DNA of 64,000 nt from an uncultured Pelagibacteraceae bacterium. GTDB taxonomy: Bacteria; Pseudomonadota; Alphaproteobacteria; Pelagibacterales; Pelagibacteraceae. Every line of letters starts with the position of its first letter. Positions within the stretch are counted from its first letter, which is position 1. The stretch covers positions 12,547 through 76,546 of the forward strand of contig CACEEW010000002.1 of assembly GCA_902558705.1 (NCBI GenBank), given 5' to 3'. A program made the position numbers and the translations under genes. Below are positions 1 to 12,216 of this stretch, in pieces. Below the pieces are notes generated by a model. That model was given only the letters and a program-made list of their open reading frames with translations, ran no database searches and was not told where the DNA came from.

Positions 1-2968
1 AAAAAAATTAGTTGAAAAAGAAACAAATGCTGTTTGGGATGCATTAGAGTTAATAGTTAGAGAACATCCAGTACTTCTAAATAGAGCACCAACTCTTCAC
101 AGATTAGGTGTTCAAGCTTTTGAACCAAAATTAATTGAAGGTGATGCAATTGAATTGCACCCTCTGACTTGCGCAGCATTCAATGCTGACTTTGATGGAG
201 ATCAAATGGCTGTTCACGTTCCTTTAAGTTTAGAAGCTCAATTAGAAGCGAGAATATTGATGCTTTCTACAAATAATATTTTATCCCCATCAAATGGTAA
301 GCCAATTATTGTGCCTAGTCAGGATATGATCTTAGGAATTTATTATTTATCTCAAGAACCAATAACTGATAAACCTTCAGGATATTTTCTGGATGCTGAT
401 CAAATAGAGTTTGCATTATCTTCAGGACAAATAAAAGTACACAGTACAATTATATCTAGATTTGAAACTGTTGATGAAAAAGGAAATAAAAAATTTGAAA
501 AATACACTTCAACAGCTGGAAGGTTTTTGTTAGCGAACTTACTTCCAAAAAATAAAGATATTAAATTTTCATTAATTGATAGATTACTACCTAAAAAAAC
601 TGTTTCAGAAATAATTGATATAGTTTTTAGATTTTGTGGACAAAAAACAACAGTAATTTTTTGTGATAAATTAAAAGACTTAGGTTTCAAACATGCATTT
701 AAAGCAGGAATTTCATTTGGTAAAGATGATTTGGTTATCCCACCAAATAAAACTCAATTAATTGATGACACTAAAAAATTAATTGCTGATTATGAAACAC
801 AATATTCTGAGGGTTTGATCACAAGAGGTGAAAAATACAATAAAGTTGTTGATGCCTGGTCTAAATGTACGGATAAAGTTGCAGGAGAAATGATGAAGGG
901 CATTTCAGCAACAGAAAAAACTTCCGAGGGACTTAAGATTAATTCTGTATTTATGATGGCTGATAGCGGAGCTAGAGGATCTGCTGCTCAAATGAAACAA
1001 TTAGCAGGTATGAGAGGATTAATTGCCAAACCGTCTGGAGAAATTATTGAAAGTCCAATTACATCAAATTTCAAAGAAGGGTTAACAGCACTTGAGTATT
1101 TCAATTCTACTCACGGAGCTAGAAAAGGATTAGCTGATACAGCACTTAAAACTGCAAGCTCAGGATATCTAACAAGAAGACTTTGTGATGTTGCTCAAGA
1201 CTTAACTGTAACAAAAAAAGAATGTGATTGTAAAAATCCAGGATTTATTGAACTTTCTGAAATTTTAGAAGGTGGTAATGTTGTAGTAAGTTTATCAGAA
1301 AGAGCCTTAGGAAGAATTACATTTGATGATGTAAAAAATCCACTTACTGGTGACATTGTTATTAAAAAAGGAACAATGATTGATGAAGCTGGTTGTGATA
1401 AAATAGATGCAGCGGGTGTAAAATCAATTAAAGTTTATTCTGTAATGACTTGTGGGAGTAAAGAAGGTGTTTGCGCAACTTCCTACGGAAGAGATTTATC
1501 AAGAGGGAAAATGGTTCATGTTGGAGAAGCAATTGGGATGATTTCAGCACAATCAATTGGAGAACCAGGCACTCAATTAACTATGAGAACCTTCCACGTT
1601 GGTGGTACAGCTTCAGTAAAACAAGACTCCCAAATAATTAGTAAAAGTGAGGGTACTTTAAGGATATTAAATTCAAATATTTTAGAAGATTCAAAGAAAA
1701 ATTTAATTGTTATGGGTAGAAATACTCAGTTGTCCATTGAAGATGATAATGGAGTACAAATAGCAGTTTACAAAGTAGCTTATGGTTCAAAAGTATTTTT
1801 CAAAAATGGAGATAAAGTTAAAGCTAATACAAAAATTTGTGAATGGGATCCGTATACAACACCTGTTATCGCTGAGAAAAGTGGTATTGCTGGTTTTGTA
1901 GATTTAATAGACGGTGTTTCAATTCAAGAAACAACTGATGATGCAACTGGTATATCATCAAAATCAGTTGTTGATTGGAGATCACAATCTAAAAGTTCAG
2001 ATTTAAAACCTAGAATAACTCTTAGAGATGAAAAGGGTAATGTAATTAAAAAAGCAGATGATAATGAAGCTAGGTATTATTTAGTACCTGACTCAATTTT
2101 ATCTGTTAAAGATGGTCAAAAAGTTTCTGCTGGAGATGTAATTGCTAGATTACCAAAAGAAACTACAAAGACTAAAGATATTACTGGAGGTTTACCAAGA
2201 GTTGCAGAATTATTTGAAGCAAGAAAAGCTAAAGATAGTGCAATCATTGCTGAAAACGATGGACAAGTTGTTTTTGGTAAAGAAGTAAGAGGGAAACAAA
2301 GAGTATCAATAGTACCAGAAGATGGAGCAGAACCATCAAATTATTTAATTCCAAAAGGAAAACATATTAATTTTAACCAAGGTGAAAAAATTAAAAAAGG
2401 TGAATATTTGTTAGATGGTCAACCTTTGCCTCACGATATATTACGTATTTTGGGTATAAAAGAATTAACAGAGTATTTTGTTAATCAAGTTCAAGAAGTT
2501 TATCGACTTCAAGGTGTTATAATTAATGATAAACACATCGAAACTATTTTAAGACAAATGTTGAAAAAAGTTGAAGTTAAAACTACAGGGGACTCAAGCT
2601 ATCTTCCTGGCGAAATAATAGACAGAATAAAATTTGACAATGTAAATGAGAAATTAAAAGCTGATGGAAAAACTCCAGCAACAGGCGAAAGGGTACTAAT
2701 GGGGATTACTAAAGCATCACTACAAACTGAGTCTTTCATTTCAGCTGCTTCTTTTCAAGAAACAACAAGAGTTCTTACAGATGCTGCAATTAAAGGAAAA
2801 GTTGATCCATTAAATGGTCTTAAAGAAAATGTAATTGTTGGAAGACTAGTCCCTGCTGGAACTGGAAATATTAAGAATAAATGGAACAAAAAAGCTCTTG
2901 AAGATGACAATAAATTTCTTTCTGAGCAAGAAAAGATTGAGCAGTCAGAAACGCCTACAAATCAATAA
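1..2968 (+). CDS. rpoC: RNA polymerase beta' subunit (5'-partial; frame open from the window start)
   Basis: Frame from nt 2 reads [19 protein letters not shown], then the catalytic NADFDGDQM, trigger loop [13 protein letters not shown] and C-terminal [11 protein letters not shown]. The ORF-track start at 155 is internal. Confidence 0.99.
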   Translation, partial: KKLVEKETNAVWDALELIVREHPVLLNRAPTLHRLGVQAFEPKLIEGDAIELHPLTCAAFNADFDGDQMAVHVPLSLEAQLEARILMLSTNNILSPSNGKPIIVPSQDMILGIYYLSQEPITDKPSGYFLDADQIEFALSSGQIKVHSTIISRFETVDEKGNKKFEKYTSTAGRFLLANLLPKNKDIKFSLIDRLLPKKTVSEIIDIVFRFCGQKTTVIFCDKLKDLGFKHAFKAGISFGKDDLVIPPNKTQLIDDTKKLIADYETQYSEGLITRGEKYNKVVDAWSKCTDKVAGEMMKGISATEKTSEGLKINSVFMMADSGARGSAAQMKQLAGMRGLIAKPSGEIIESPITSNFKEGLTALEYFNSTHGARKGLADTALKTASSGYLTRRLCDVAQDLTVTKKECDCKNPGFIELSEILEGGNVVVSLSERALGRITFDDVKNPLTGDIVIKKGTMIDEAGCDKIDAAGVKSIKVYSVMTCGSKEGVCATSYGRDLSRGKMVHVGEAIGMISAQSIGEPGTQLTMRTFHVGGTASVKQDSQIISKSEGTLRILNSNILEDSKKNLIVMGRNTQLSIEDDNGVQIAVYKVAYGSKVFFKNGDKVKANTKICEWDPYTTPVIAEKSGIAGFVDLIDGVSIQETTDDATGISSKSVVDWRSQSKSSDLKPRITLRDEKGNVIKKADDNEARYYLVPDSILSVKDGQKVSAGDVIARLPKETTKTKDITGGLPRVAELFEARKAKDSAIIAENDGQVVFGKEVRGKQRVSIVPEDGAEPSNYLIPKGKHINFNQGEKIKKGEYLLDGQPLPHDILRILGIKELTEYFVNQVQEVYRLQGVIINDKHIETILRQMLKKVEVKTTGDSSYLPGEIIDRIKFDNVNEKLKADGKTPATGERVLMGITKASLQTESFISAASFQETTRVLTDAAIKGKVDPLNGLKENVIVGRLVPAGTGNIKNKWNKKALEDDNKFLSEQEKIEQSETPTNQ

Positions 2969-2997
2969 AAATAACATATTAGTTTCTTAGTTTTAGT

Positions 2998-3025
2998 TTG
3001 ACAAAGTCGAATTAATAAGTAATTT
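2998..3025 (+). promoter_or_regulatory. Putative sigma70 promoter of the rpsL (str) operon
   Basis: Perfect TTGACA (2998-3003), 16-nt spacer, TAATTT (3020-3025), then GC-rich GGCGA. Confidence 0.6.
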
Positions 3026-3031
3026 GGCGAT

Positions 3032-3110
3032 ATTTTTGGTTGGAATGTAGTGTTAACTTATCACACTAAACGCTGCCACAAATAACCTGTCAGTTATTTC
3101 ATTCAAAAAT
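3032..3110 (+). ncRNA. Structured 5' leader of rpsL (candidate r-protein autoregulatory RNA)
   Basis: Closing stem ATTTTTG 3032-38/CAAAAAT 3104-10 encloses hairpins TAGTGT 3048-53/ACACTA 3063-68 and AAATAAC 3080-86/GTTATTT 3093-99; longest intergenic region in the window. Confidence 0.65.
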
Positions 3111-3134
3111 AAATTAATATTTTAAACAGAATTT

Positions 3135-3506
3135 ATGCCAACTATTAACCAGTTGTTAAGAAAAAAAAGAACTAAACCATTAGCAAGGAACAAGGTTCCT
3201 GCTTTGCAAAAACAACCTCTTAAAAGAGGTGTTTGTGTAAAAGTTTACACAACAACACCAAAAAAACCAAACTCAGCTCTAAGAAAAGTTGCAAGAGTAA
3301 GATTGTCAAACGGTTTTGAAGTAACCGCTTATATTCCAGGTGAAGGTCACAATCTTCAAGAACACTCTGTCGTTTTGATAAGAGGTGGAAGAGTTAAAGA
3401 CTTACCTGGTGTTCGTTATCATATCTTGAGAGGAAATCTAGATACTCAAGGTGTTGCAAACAGAAAAAAGAGAAGATCTTTATATGGAACGAAGAAGGGT
3501 AAATAA
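3135..3506 (+). CDS. rpsL: 30S ribosomal protein S12
   Basis: [34 protein letters not shown]. Confidence 0.99.
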   Translation: MPTINQLLRKKRTKPLARNKVPALQKQPLKRGVCVKVYTTTPKKPNSALRKVARVRLSNGFEVTAYIPGEGHNLQEHSVVLIRGGRVKDLPGVRYHILRGNLDTQGVANRKKRRSLYGTKKGK

Positions 3507-3508
3507 AA

Positions 3509-3979
3509 ATGTCTAGAAAAAAAACTCAACCCAAAAAAAATATTGTTCCAGATCCAAAATTCAACTCAACTATTATTCCAAAACTAATTAACAACATTAT
3601 GTATGATGGCAAAAGAGGTGTAGCTGCTAAAATCGTTTACGATGCTATAGAAAAAATTAAAACAAAATCAAAAGATGAACCAATAAATATTTTTAATGAG
3701 GCTATAAACAACATAAAGCCAACTGTAGAAGTTAGATCTAGAAGAGTTGGAGGAGCTACTTACCAGGTGCCTGTTGAGGTAAAAAGTAAAAGAGCTCAAG
3801 CTTTAGCAATCAGATGGTTAGTAGATTCTGCAAGAAAAAGAAAAGACAAGCTTATGTCAGATAAAATTTTTAATGAACTTTACGATGCATACGAAAAAAA
3901 AGGTGCTGCAGTTAAAAAAAGAGAGGATGTACATAAGATGGCTGAGTCAAATAAAGCTTTCGCACATTTTAGGTGGTAA
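3509..3979 (+). CDS. rpsG: 30S ribosomal protein S7
   Basis: EVRSRRVGGATYQVP, C-terminal AFAHFRW. Confidence 0.99.
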   Translation: MSRKKTQPKKNIVPDPKFNSTIIPKLINNIMYDGKRGVAAKIVYDAIEKIKTKSKDEPINIFNEAINNIKPTVEVRSRRVGGATYQVPVEVKSKRAQALAIRWLVDSARKRKDKLMSDKIFNELYDAYEKKGAAVKKREDVHKMAESNKAFAHFRW

Positions 3980-3985
3980 TAGATT

Positions 3986-6064
3986 ATGGCTAGAACTCAT
4001 ACATTAGATAAGTATAGAAATATTGGTATCATGGCTCATATTGATGCTGGTAAGACAACAACAACTGAAAGAGTTTTATATTATACTGGAAAAAGTCATA
4101 AGATTGGTGAAGTACATGATGGAGCTGCAACAATGGATTGGATGGAGCAAGAGCAAGAAAGAGGTATTACGATTACTTCAGCGGCTACAACTTGTTTTTG
4201 GCAAGATCACAGAATTAATATTATTGATACCCCTGGCCACGTTGATTTTACTATTGAAGTTGAAAGATCTTTAAAAGTTTTAGATGGTGCGGTCGCTGTT
4301 TTTGATGGTGTAGCAGGTGTAGAACCTCAATCAGAAACTGTCTGGAGACAAGCAGATAAATACAAAGTTCCTAGAATTTGTTTTGTTAATAAATTGGACA
4401 GAACTGGTGCAGATTTTTTTAGATGTGTTGATATGATTAAAGATAGACTAGGTGCTAAACCATTACCAATACAAGTTCCAATTGGTATTGAGTCATCTTT
4501 AACCGGAGTTGTGGATTTAGTTAAAATGAAAGCCCAGGTTTGGAAAAATGAAGCTTTGGGAGCTGAATGGGAATATAAAGAAATTCCTGATGACCTAAAA
4601 GAAATATCTCAAAAATATAGAACAGAATTAGTTGAAATGGCTGTTGAGCAAGATGAAAAATTAATGGAGTCTTATTTAAATGGTGATGAAATTAAAGAAG
4701 AAGATTTAATAAAATGTATCAGAAAAGGTACACTTAATTTTAGTTTTGTACCAATTTTAACAGGTTCTGCATTTAAAAATAAAGGTGTGCAACCTTTACT
4801 TGATGCTGTGATAAATTATTTACCTAGTCCAATAGATATTGGTTCTATAAAGGGAACAAAACCTGGTTCTGAGGAAGAATTAGATATGAAATTTGAGGAT
4901 GGAGCTGGTTTTTCTGCATTAGCTTTTAAAGTAGCAAATGATCCATTTGTTGGTTCTCTGACTTTTATAAGAGTTTACTCAGGTACTATTAAAACTGGAA
5001 CAGGAATTTATAATTCATCTAAAGAAAAAGAGGAAAGAGTTGGCCGAATGCTTCTAATGCATGCTAACTCAAGAGAAGATATCAAAGAAGCCAATGCAGG
5101 TGATATCGTGGCCTTGGCTGGTTTAAAATATACTATTACAGGTCACACTCTTTGTGATGAAGAAAAACCTGTTTTGTTAGAGCCAATGGAATTTCCTGAT
5201 CCGGTAATTGAAATAGCTGTTGAACCAAAAACTAAAGCTGACCAAGAGAAAATGGGTGAAGCTTTAGGTAGGTTAGCTAAAGAAGATCCTTCTTTTAGAG
5301 TAACGTCAGATGAAGAGTCTGGACAAACTATAATTAAAGGAATGGGTGAACTTCATCTAGATATAATTGTAGATAGGATGAAAAGAGAATTTAAAGTCGA
5401 GGCTAATATTGGAGCTCCTCAAGTTGCGTACAGAGAGACATTAGAAAATGCCTCTGAGGTTGAATACACTCATAAAAAACAAAGTGGTGGTGCAGGTCAA
5501 TTTGCTAAAGTTAAACTTTTAGTAGAACCTCAAGAGCCAGGTGCAGGTAGATCTGTTGAAAGTAAAATTAAAGGTGGAGCTATTCCAAAAGAGTTTATAC
5601 CAGGCGTTGAAAAAGGAATTGAAACTGTTTCTGATGGTGGAATTTTAGCTGGGTTTCCAATGATTGATTATAAAGTTACAATTTTAGATGGATTACATCA
5701 TGATGTAGACTCAAGTGTCTTAGCATTCGAGTTAGCTAGTAGAGCATGTTTTAAAGAAGCATGTACCAAAGGAACTCTTAAGTTATTAGAACCAGTTATG
5801 AGAGTTGAGGTTGTAACACCAGAAGATTATATGGGTGACGTAATTGGTGATCTTAATAGTAGAAGAGGACAGATAAGCACTCAAGAACAAAGAGGAAATG
5901 CTACTGTAATTACTGCGATGGTTCCTCTTGCTAACATGTTTGGATATATAAATAATTTAAGGTCAATGTCTCAAGGAAGAGCTCAATATTCTATGTTCTT
6001 TGATCATTATTCAAAAGTACCTCAGAATGTTCAAGACGAAGTAACTAAAAAGATCGCAGGTTAA
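3986..6064 (+). CDS. fusA: Elongation factor G
   Basis: [23 protein letters not shown] GTPase motifs; 692 aa. Confidence 0.99.
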   Translation: MARTHTLDKYRNIGIMAHIDAGKTTTTERVLYYTGKSHKIGEVHDGAATMDWMEQEQERGITITSAATTCFWQDHRINIIDTPGHVDFTIEVERSLKVLDGAVAVFDGVAGVEPQSETVWRQADKYKVPRICFVNKLDRTGADFFRCVDMIKDRLGAKPLPIQVPIGIESSLTGVVDLVKMKAQVWKNEALGAEWEYKEIPDDLKEISQKYRTELVEMAVEQDEKLMESYLNGDEIKEEDLIKCIRKGTLNFSFVPILTGSAFKNKGVQPLLDAVINYLPSPIDIGSIKGTKPGSEEELDMKFEDGAGFSALAFKVANDPFVGSLTFIRVYSGTIKTGTGIYNSSKEKEERVGRMLLMHANSREDIKEANAGDIVALAGLKYTITGHTLCDEEKPVLLEPMEFPDPVIEIAVEPKTKADQEKMGEALGRLAKEDPSFRVTSDEESGQTIIKGMGELHLDIIVDRMKREFKVEANIGAPQVAYRETLENASEVEYTHKKQSGGAGQFAKVKLLVEPQEPGAGRSVESKIKGGAIPKEFIPGVEKGIETVSDGGILAGFPMIDYKVTILDGLHHDVDSSVLAFELASRACFKEACTKGTLKLLEPVMRVEVVTPEDYMGDVIGDLNSRRGQISTQEQRGNATVITAMVPLANMFGYINNLRSMSQGRAQYSMFFDHYSKVPQNVQDEVTKKIAG

Positions 6065-6066
6065 TA

Positions 6067-6375
6067 ATGGAAAAACAAAATATTAGAATTAAACTTAGAG
6101 CGTATGATAATAAAATATTAGATGCTTCAACGGAGGAAATTGTTAATACTGTTAAGAGAACTGGTGCTACTATAAAAGGACCTATACCGTTACCCACTAG
6201 AATTGAAAGATATACAGTTTTAAGGTCACCACATATAGACAAAAAAAGTAGAGAACAATTTGAAACGAGAACGCATAAGAGATTAATTGATATAATTGAA
6301 CCAACACCTCAAACAGTTGAAGCATTAATGAAACTTGATTTAGCATCTGGTGTTGACGTGGAGATTAAAATTTAA
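6067..6375 (+). CDS. rpsJ: 30S ribosomal protein S10
   Basis: [30 protein letters not shown]. Confidence 0.99.
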   Translation: MEKQNIRIKLRAYDNKILDASTEEIVNTVKRTGATIKGPIPLPTRIERYTVLRSPHIDKKSREQFETRTHKRLIDIIEPTPQTVEALMKLDLASGVDVEIKI

Positions 6376-6377
6376 TT

Positions 6378-7088
6378 ATGAGTGAGATAGCTTTAATAGG
6401 AAAAAAAATCGGAATGACTAGAGAATTTTATAAGTCAGGTCAGCTAGTGCCTGTAACAGTTTTAAAAATGGAAAAAGCAAGAGTCATCCAAGTTATTGAA
6501 GAAGATAAAAGAGGGTATAAAGCTGTTCAACTTGGGTATGGAAAAATTAAAAATTCAAAGTTAACAAAAGCTATGAAAGGCTTTTTTTCAAAAAAAAACA
6601 CTGAAGCTAAAAAAAAATTGAAGGAATATCGGGTAACAAATACTGAAAACTTTAAAGAGGGAAATGAATTTGGACTTGAGATATTTAAAGACATTAAATT
6701 TGTAGACACGAGATCTAAAACCATAGGTAAAGGTTTTGCCGGTGCAATGAAAAGACATAATTTTGGTGGTTTAAGAGCCACTCACGGTGTTTCTATATCT
6801 CATAGATCTCACGGATCAACTGGTCAAAGACAAGATCCAGGAAAGGTTTTTAAAGGAAAAAAAATGGCTGGTCATATGGGTGATAAACTTAGAACTATGC
6901 AAAATATAGAGATAATAAAAACAGATTTAGAAAATGAACTTCTTTATTTAAAAGGTTCTATACCAGGATCAAAAAATACTGAAATCTTAGTTAAAGGATC
7001 AGTTAAAAACATAAGTAAACTGACAATGAGTGAAAAAATTAAAAAAGCAGAAGAAGCAAAGAAAACACCAGAGAAAAAGAAAAAATAA
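6378..7088 (+). CDS. rplC: 50S ribosomal protein L3
   Basis: GKKIGMT, GKGFAGAMKRHNF, GKKMAGHMG. Confidence 0.99.
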   Translation: MSEIALIGKKIGMTREFYKSGQLVPVTVLKMEKARVIQVIEEDKRGYKAVQLGYGKIKNSKLTKAMKGFFSKKNTEAKKKLKEYRVTNTENFKEGNEFGLEIFKDIKFVDTRSKTIGKGFAGAMKRHNFGGLRATHGVSISHRSHGSTGQRQDPGKVFKGKKMAGHMGDKLRTMQNIEIIKTDLENELLYLKGSIPGSKNTEILVKGSVKNISKLTMSEKIKKAEEAKKTPEKKKK

Positions 7089-7711
7089 TGAAAATAGATA
7101 AATTAGATTTAAACGGTAAAAAAAATAGTATTGAAGTTTTAGATAATATCTTTTCTGCAAAAATTAATAGGAAGTTGGTTGAAACAGTTTTGTATAAAAC
7201 AAATGCTAATTACAAAGGAAGACATGCAAAAACAAAACAACAAAATGAGGTAGCTGGTCCAACATCTAAAATTTATGCTCAAAAAGGTACAGGTAATGCA
7301 AGACACGCAAGTAGAAAGGCTCCAATATTTGTTGGCGGTGGTGTTGCCCATGGACCAAAAGGTCAATTAGCTTATAAAAAAAGAAAATTGAATAAGAGTG
7401 AAAAAAAGCAAAGCATAGCGTCTCTAATTAGTGATAAAGTTCAAAATAATAATTTATTAGTTTTCAATGATTTCAATTCAGAAATAAAAAAAACTAAAGA
7501 AATGGATATTATTTTAAAGAAATTTCAAATAACAAACTCAATAATAATTTTAGATAAAACATCAAAAGAAAAAATAGAAAAATCAATAAGGAATATTCCA
7601 AATATCAAAGTAACTGATATAAATCATTTTAGTGCTTTTGATATTGTTAAATTCAAAAAAGTAGTATTTACAGAAACTTCAATAAAAGAATTAGAAAAAA
7701 GGTATACATAA
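7088..7711 (+). CDS. rplD: 50S ribosomal protein L4
   Basis: QKGTGNARH, GGGVAHGPK; S10 operon position. Confidence 0.98.
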   Translation: MKIDKLDLNGKKNSIEVLDNIFSAKINRKLVETVLYKTNANYKGRHAKTKQQNEVAGPTSKIYAQKGTGNARHASRKAPIFVGGGVAHGPKGQLAYKKRKLNKSEKKQSIASLISDKVQNNNLLVFNDFNSEIKKTKEMDIILKKFQITNSIIILDKTSKEKIEKSIRNIPNIKVTDINHFSAFDIVKFKKVVFTETSIKELEKRYT

Positions 7712-7712
7712 A

Positions 7713-8006
7713 ATGGATAAAATACATTTATACGATAAAATTTTGTCTCCTCTAGTTACAGAAAAATCAACTAATTTATCTGAACAGAATAAGATTGTTT
7801 TTAAAGTACCCTCTAATGCAAATAAGAAAAATTTGAAAACTAACATTGAAAAAATATTTAAAGTTAATGTTACCAAAATTAATATTATTAATAAGCAGAA
7901 TAGAACTAAGCTAACAAGAGGAAGAAAAGTAAAAGTTTCAGGATTTAAAAAAGCTATAATTACACTTAAAAAAGGTCAAAGTATCGACCTAACAACAGGA
8001 ATTTAA
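7713..8006 (+). CDS. rplW: 50S ribosomal protein L23
   Basis: PLVTEKS, KKAIITL; operon position. Confidence 0.97.
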   Translation: MDKIHLYDKILSPLVTEKSTNLSEQNKIVFKVPSNANKKNLKTNIEKIFKVNVTKINIINKQNRTKLTRGRKVKVSGFKKAIITLKKGQSIDLTTGI

Positions 8007-8008
8007 AA

Positions 8009-8848
8009 ATGGCATTAAAAACTTTTAAACCATACACAAAATCAACTAGAGGCACTATTCTAGTAGATAGAACAGGATTATGGAAAGGTAAACCTTTTAA
8101 ATCTTTGGTATCTCCAAAAAATTCAATGAAAGGTAGAAATAATAACGGACACATTACTTCTATAAACAGAGCTGGTGGACATAAAAAGATGTATCGACAA
8201 GTTGATTTTTATAGAAAAAAAATTGATATGCCTGCTATTGTAGAAAGAATTGAATATGATCCAAATAGATCTTGCTACATAATGCTAGTTAAATTTGAAG
8301 ATAATTCTCACGCATACTATCTTGCTCCTCAAAAAATTAACGTAGGTGATAAAATAGAAAACGGATCTAAAAAAGAGATTAAAGTTGGAAATTGTATGCC
8401 ACTACAAGACATACCTGTTGGTATTGATATACATAATGTTGAAATACAACCAGGTGGTGGTGGAAAAATTGCTAGATCGGCTGGTACATCAGTTACTATT
8501 AGTGGTATTGATGGTAATTATAGCCTCATAAAACTTGCTTCAGGTGAAGTTAGAAAAATTGATTCTAGATCTTTAGCAACGATTGGCGTTTTAAGTAATC
8601 CTGATCAAAAAAATATTAAAATAGGAAAAGCTGGAAGATCTAGATGGCTTGGAAGAAAACCTCATACACGGGGTGTGGTTAAAAACCCTGTAGATCACCC
8701 ACATGGAGGTGGTGAAGGTAAAACTGCTGGTGGAAGACACCCAGTGTCTCCAACTGGTCAATCAGCCAAAGGTCTTAAAACTAGAGATAATAAGAGAACA
8801 GATAAATTTATTGTGAGAAGAAGAAATAAAAGGAAGGATACAAAGTAA
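8009..8848 (+). CDS. rplB: 50S ribosomal protein L2
   Basis: [20 protein letters not shown]. Confidence 0.99.
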   Translation: MALKTFKPYTKSTRGTILVDRTGLWKGKPFKSLVSPKNSMKGRNNNGHITSINRAGGHKKMYRQVDFYRKKIDMPAIVERIEYDPNRSCYIMLVKFEDNSHAYYLAPQKINVGDKIENGSKKEIKVGNCMPLQDIPVGIDIHNVEIQPGGGGKIARSAGTSVTISGIDGNYSLIKLASGEVRKIDSRSLATIGVLSNPDQKNIKIGKAGRSRWLGRKPHTRGVVKNPVDHPHGGGEGKTAGGRHPVSPTGQSAKGLKTRDNKRTDKFIVRRRNKRKDTK

Positions 8849-9147
8849 TGGCTAGAGCAGTTTGGAAAGGACCTTTTGTTGAAGAGAGCTTAATTAAAAA
8901 AGTCGATAAATATAAAATTGATCCTAAAAAAATACCTATTAAAACTTGGTCAAGGAAATCTACTATAATCCCTGATTTTGTAGGTGTAAGTTTTTTAATT
9001 TATAATGGAAAAAAATTTATACCAATAACAGTTTCTGAGGATATGGTAGGTCACAAATTAGGTGAATTTGCACCAACAAGAACTTTTTTTGGACATACAC
9101 CAGCAGACAAAAAAGCAAAGCCAGCTGAAGCGGCACCAAAGAAATAA
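8848..9147 (+). CDS. rpsS: 30S ribosomal protein S19
   Basis: [24 protein letters not shown]. Confidence 0.99.
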   Translation: MARAVWKGPFVEESLIKKVDKYKIDPKKIPIKTWSRKSTIIPDFVGVSFLIYNGKKFIPITVSEDMVGHKLGEFAPTRTFFGHTPADKKAKPAEAAPKK

Positions 9148-9149
9148 TT

Positions 9150-9548
9150 ATGAGTAAAAAAAAGAAAATTGATAAAAATAAAAATAAGCTAGTTAAGTCT
9201 ATTAACAACAATATTAGATCTAGTGTCAGAAAACTAAATCCTATTTTAAAAGGTATAGTTGGAAAAAAAGTTGATATAGCTATCAGAGATCTTCAATTTT
9301 CTGAAAAAAGAATTACTCGAGATATAAGAAAAACAATAAGCTCAGCAGTTGCTAATGCAGAAAATAATTTTCAATATGATATTGATAAATTGATTGTTAA
9401 AGAAGCATACTGTGGAAAAAAAATTACAATGAAGAGATTTAGACCTAGAGCCAAAGGAAGAGCTGCACCAATATTAAAACCATATTCAAGTGTTACTATA
9501 ATTTTATCAGAAATAAAAAAAATGGAGAGTCATGGGTCAAAAAGTTAA
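9150..9548 (+). CDS. rplV: 50S ribosomal protein L22
   Basis: [20 protein letters not shown]. Confidence 0.98.
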   Translation: MSKKKKIDKNKNKLVKSINNNIRSSVRKLNPILKGIVGKKVDIAIRDLQFSEKRITRDIRKTISSAVANAENNFQYDIDKLIVKEAYCGKKITMKRFRPRAKGRAAPILKPYSSVTIILSEIKKMESHGSKS

Positions 9549-10212
9549 TCCAGTTGGATTTAGATTAGGTGTTAACAGAGGTTGGGACTCTGTTTGGTAT
9601 GCTAAGAAGAAAGACTTCGGAAACTACCTTATAGAAGACTTCAAGATAAGAGAATATATCAAAAAAAATGTTATAAACTCTGGTGTATCTAAAGTTATGA
9701 TAGAAAGAACAGCCAATAAATGTTACGTAACTATTTACACGTCTAGACCAGGATTTGTAATAGGAAAAAAAGGTAGTGATATAGATAAAATCAAAAATAA
9801 CTTATCAAAATTTACTACTAATGAAGTTACATTAAATATCAAAGAAGTTAAAAAACCTGAGACCAATGCATATCTTGTAGCTGAAAATATTGCTCAACAA
9901 TTGGTAAAAAGAATTTCATATCGAAGAGCAATGAAAAGAGCTATGCAATCTTGTTTAAGATTAGGAGCAAAAGGAATTAAAGTATCTGTTAGTGGTCGAT
10001 TAGGTGGAAATGAAATAGCTAGAACAGAATGGTTAAGAGATGGAAGTATACCTTCTCATACATTAAGAGCAGATATAGATTATGCTGAAGCAGAAGCATT
10101 AACTACTTATGGAATAATAGGAATAAAAGTATGGATCTATAAGGGTGAAGTATTTGCAAGAGAATTTAGTCAAGAAACTAATAAGGTAACACCAAAAGAG
10201 GATAGAAAATAA
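9532..10212 (+). CDS. rpsC: 30S ribosomal protein S3
   Basis: [15 protein letters not shown] motif [22 protein letters not shown]. Confidence 0.99.
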   Translation: MGQKVNPVGFRLGVNRGWDSVWYAKKKDFGNYLIEDFKIREYIKKNVINSGVSKVMIERTANKCYVTIYTSRPGFVIGKKGSDIDKIKNNLSKFTTNEVTLNIKEVKKPETNAYLVAENIAQQLVKRISYRRAMKRAMQSCLRLGAKGIKVSVSGRLGGNEIARTEWLRDGSIPSHTLRADIDYAEAEALTTYGIIGIKVWIYKGEVFAREFSQETNKVTPKEDRK

Positions 10213-10623
10213 ATGTTACAACCTGTCAGAACAAAATGGAGAAAAGCTCATAAAGGTAGAATTCATGGAACTGCCTCAAGAGCTAACTTTATAAACTACG
10301 GAGCATATGCACTAAAGGCATTGTCACCTGAAAGAGTAACAGGTAAACAAATAGAGGCAGCCAGAGTTGCTCTTACAAGACATATGAAACGACAAGGCAG
10401 AGTATGGACTAGAATTTTTCCAAACATTCCAGTTTCTAAAAAACCTATTGAAGTAAGGATGGGTAAAGGAAAAGGCTCACCAGAATTTTATGCTTGTAGA
10501 GTTAAACCCGGAAGAATTTTATTTGAAGTTGATGGAGTTTCAGAGCAGATAGCTAAAGAAGCTTTATATAAAGCATCTGCTAAATTACCAATTAAAACAA
10601 AAACTATTAAAAGATTTGCTTAA
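10213..10623 (+). CDS. rplP: 50S ribosomal protein L16
   Basis: [17 protein letters not shown]. Confidence 0.99.
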   Translation: MLQPVRTKWRKAHKGRIHGTASRANFINYGAYALKALSPERVTGKQIEAARVALTRHMKRQGRVWTRIFPNIPVSKKPIEVRMGKGKGSPEFYACRVKPGRILFEVDGVSEQIAKEALYKASAKLPIKTKTIKRFA

Positions 10624-10624
10624 A

Positions 10625-10816
10625 ATGAAAAAAAAAGAAATTAAAAAATTATCAAAAGATGAAATTATGAAAAATATAGATAAATCTAAAAAGGACTTAT
10701 TTAATTTTAGGTTTCAAAAAATTAATTCTCAAATAACTAACCCTGCAAAAATTAGTGAAACAAGAAAAACAATAGCAAGATTAAAAACAATGTTAAAAGG
10801 AAAATTAAATGCCTAA
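10625..10816 (+). CDS. rpmC: 50S ribosomal protein L29
   Basis: [16 protein letters not shown]; in-frame ATG at 10625 preferred over TTG at 10616. Confidence 0.95.
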   Translation: MKKKEIKKLSKDEIMKNIDKSKKDLFNFRFQKINSQITNPAKISETRKTIARLKTMLKGKLNA

Positions 10817-11045
10817 AAAAATTTTAACTGGGGTAGTTGTGAGTGATAAACCAAATAAGACCATTACAGTTTTGGTAGAAAGAAAGTATTCACATCCTTT
10901 GTTAAAAAAAGTAATTAAAGTAAGAAAAAAGTATAATGCTCATGATGAAAATAATAAATTTAAATTAGGAGATAAAGTTTCGATTATAGAAAGTAAACCA
11001 TTTTCGAAAAACAAAAAATTTCAAGTCATGGAGAATTCAAAATAA
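10809..11045 (+). CDS. rpsQ: 30S ribosomal protein S17
   Basis: GVVVSDK.NKTITV, HPLLKK, AHDENN. Confidence 0.98.
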   Translation: MPKKILTGVVVSDKPNKTITVLVERKYSHPLLKKVIKVRKKYNAHDENNKFKLGDKVSIIESKPFSKNKKFQVMENSK

Positions 11046-11413
11046 TGATACAAGTTCAAACAGAATTAAATGTAGCTGATAACACGGGTGCAAAAAGAAT
11101 TGAATGCATTAAAGTTTTAGGTGGATCAAAAAGGAGATATGCTAGTATTGGTGATACAATTGTTATCGCAGTAAAAGAGGCAATTCCAAAAGGTAAAGTT
11201 AAAAAAGGTTCTGTTCATAAAGCAGTAGTTGTAAGAGTAAAAAAAGGGATTCATAGAAACGATGGGTCAAAAGTAAGATTTGATAATAATGCAGCAGTTC
11301 TAGTAGATGATAAAGGTGAACCAGTAGGAACAAGAATATTTGGTCCAGTCACAAGAGAATTAAGAAATAAAGGACAAATGAAAATAATTTCATTGGCGCC
11401 AGAGGTTTTGTAA
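11045..11413 (+). CDS. rplN: 50S ribosomal protein L14
   Basis: [23 protein letters not shown]. Confidence 0.99.
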   Translation: MIQVQTELNVADNTGAKRIECIKVLGGSKRRYASIGDTIVIAVKEAIPKGKVKKGSVHKAVVVRVKKGIHRNDGSKVRFDNNAAVLVDDKGEPVGTRIFGPVTRELRNKGQMKIISLAPEVL

Positions 11414-11661
11414 TGATTAAAAAAGGCTTAAAAGTTAAAATTTTAGTTGGAAAAGATAAAAAAAAAGAGGGAGAAGTAATCGAAATAGATAGATCTAGAA
11501 ATAGAGCTAAAGTTAAAGAAATTAATATGGTCAAAAAACATGTTAAAACAACAAAAGAAAAAAAGGGTGGAATTATCTCTAAAGAAAGCTTTATTCACTT
11601 ATCTAACTTAAAATTAATTACTGAAAAAAATAAAAATAAAAAAACTGAGGCTAAAAAATAA
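11413..11661 (+). CDS. rplX: 50S ribosomal protein L24 (short form)
   Basis: KOW-like [30 protein letters not shown]; lies between rplN and rplE. Confidence 0.93.
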   Translation: MIKKGLKVKILVGKDKKKEGEVIEIDRSRNRAKVKEINMVKKHVKTTKEKKGGIISKESFIHLSNLKLITEKNKNKKTEAKK

Positions 11662-12215
11662 TGACTCCAAGATTAAAAGAACTTTATTATAAAGAAATAC
11701 AACCTTCATTGAAAAACCAATTTGGTTTTAAAAACTTATACATGGGTCCAAAAATTGAAAAAGTTGTTTTAAACATGGGTCTTGGCTTAGATGGTAATGA
11801 TTCTAAAATTCTAAAATCATGTGAAGAAGATTTGGCTAAAATTACTGGACAAAAACCTGTAATAACGAAATTTAAAAAATCTGTAGCTAATTTTAAAACA
11901 AGAAAAGGATCTAATGCGGGTTTAAAAGTAACTTTAAGAAAAGATAAAATGTATGAGTTTTTAGATAGATTAGTAAATATAGCATTACCTAGAATAAAAG
12001 ATTTTAGAGGATTATCATCTAAAGGTTTTGATAAATTTGGTAATTATACGTTTGGTATAAAAGAGCATATAATTTTTCCTGAAGTAAGTTTTGATAGAGC
12101 TGATAAAGTTAGAGGCATAGATATAATTGTAGTTATTACCTCAAAAAATAAAGAACATAGTTTTGCTTTATTAGAAAAATTAAATTTCCCATTTATTAAA
12201 AAAGGAGAAAACTAA
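11661..12215 (+). CDS. rplE: 50S ribosomal protein L5
   Basis: [23 protein letters not shown]. Confidence 0.99.
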   Translation: MTPRLKELYYKEIQPSLKNQFGFKNLYMGPKIEKVVLNMGLGLDGNDSKILKSCEEDLAKITGQKPVITKFKKSVANFKTRKGSNAGLKVTLRKDKMYEFLDRLVNIALPRIKDFRGLSSKGFDKFGNYTFGIKEHIIFPEVSFDRADKVRGIDIIVVITSKNKEHSFALLEKLNFPFIKKGEN

Positions 12216-12216
12216 A

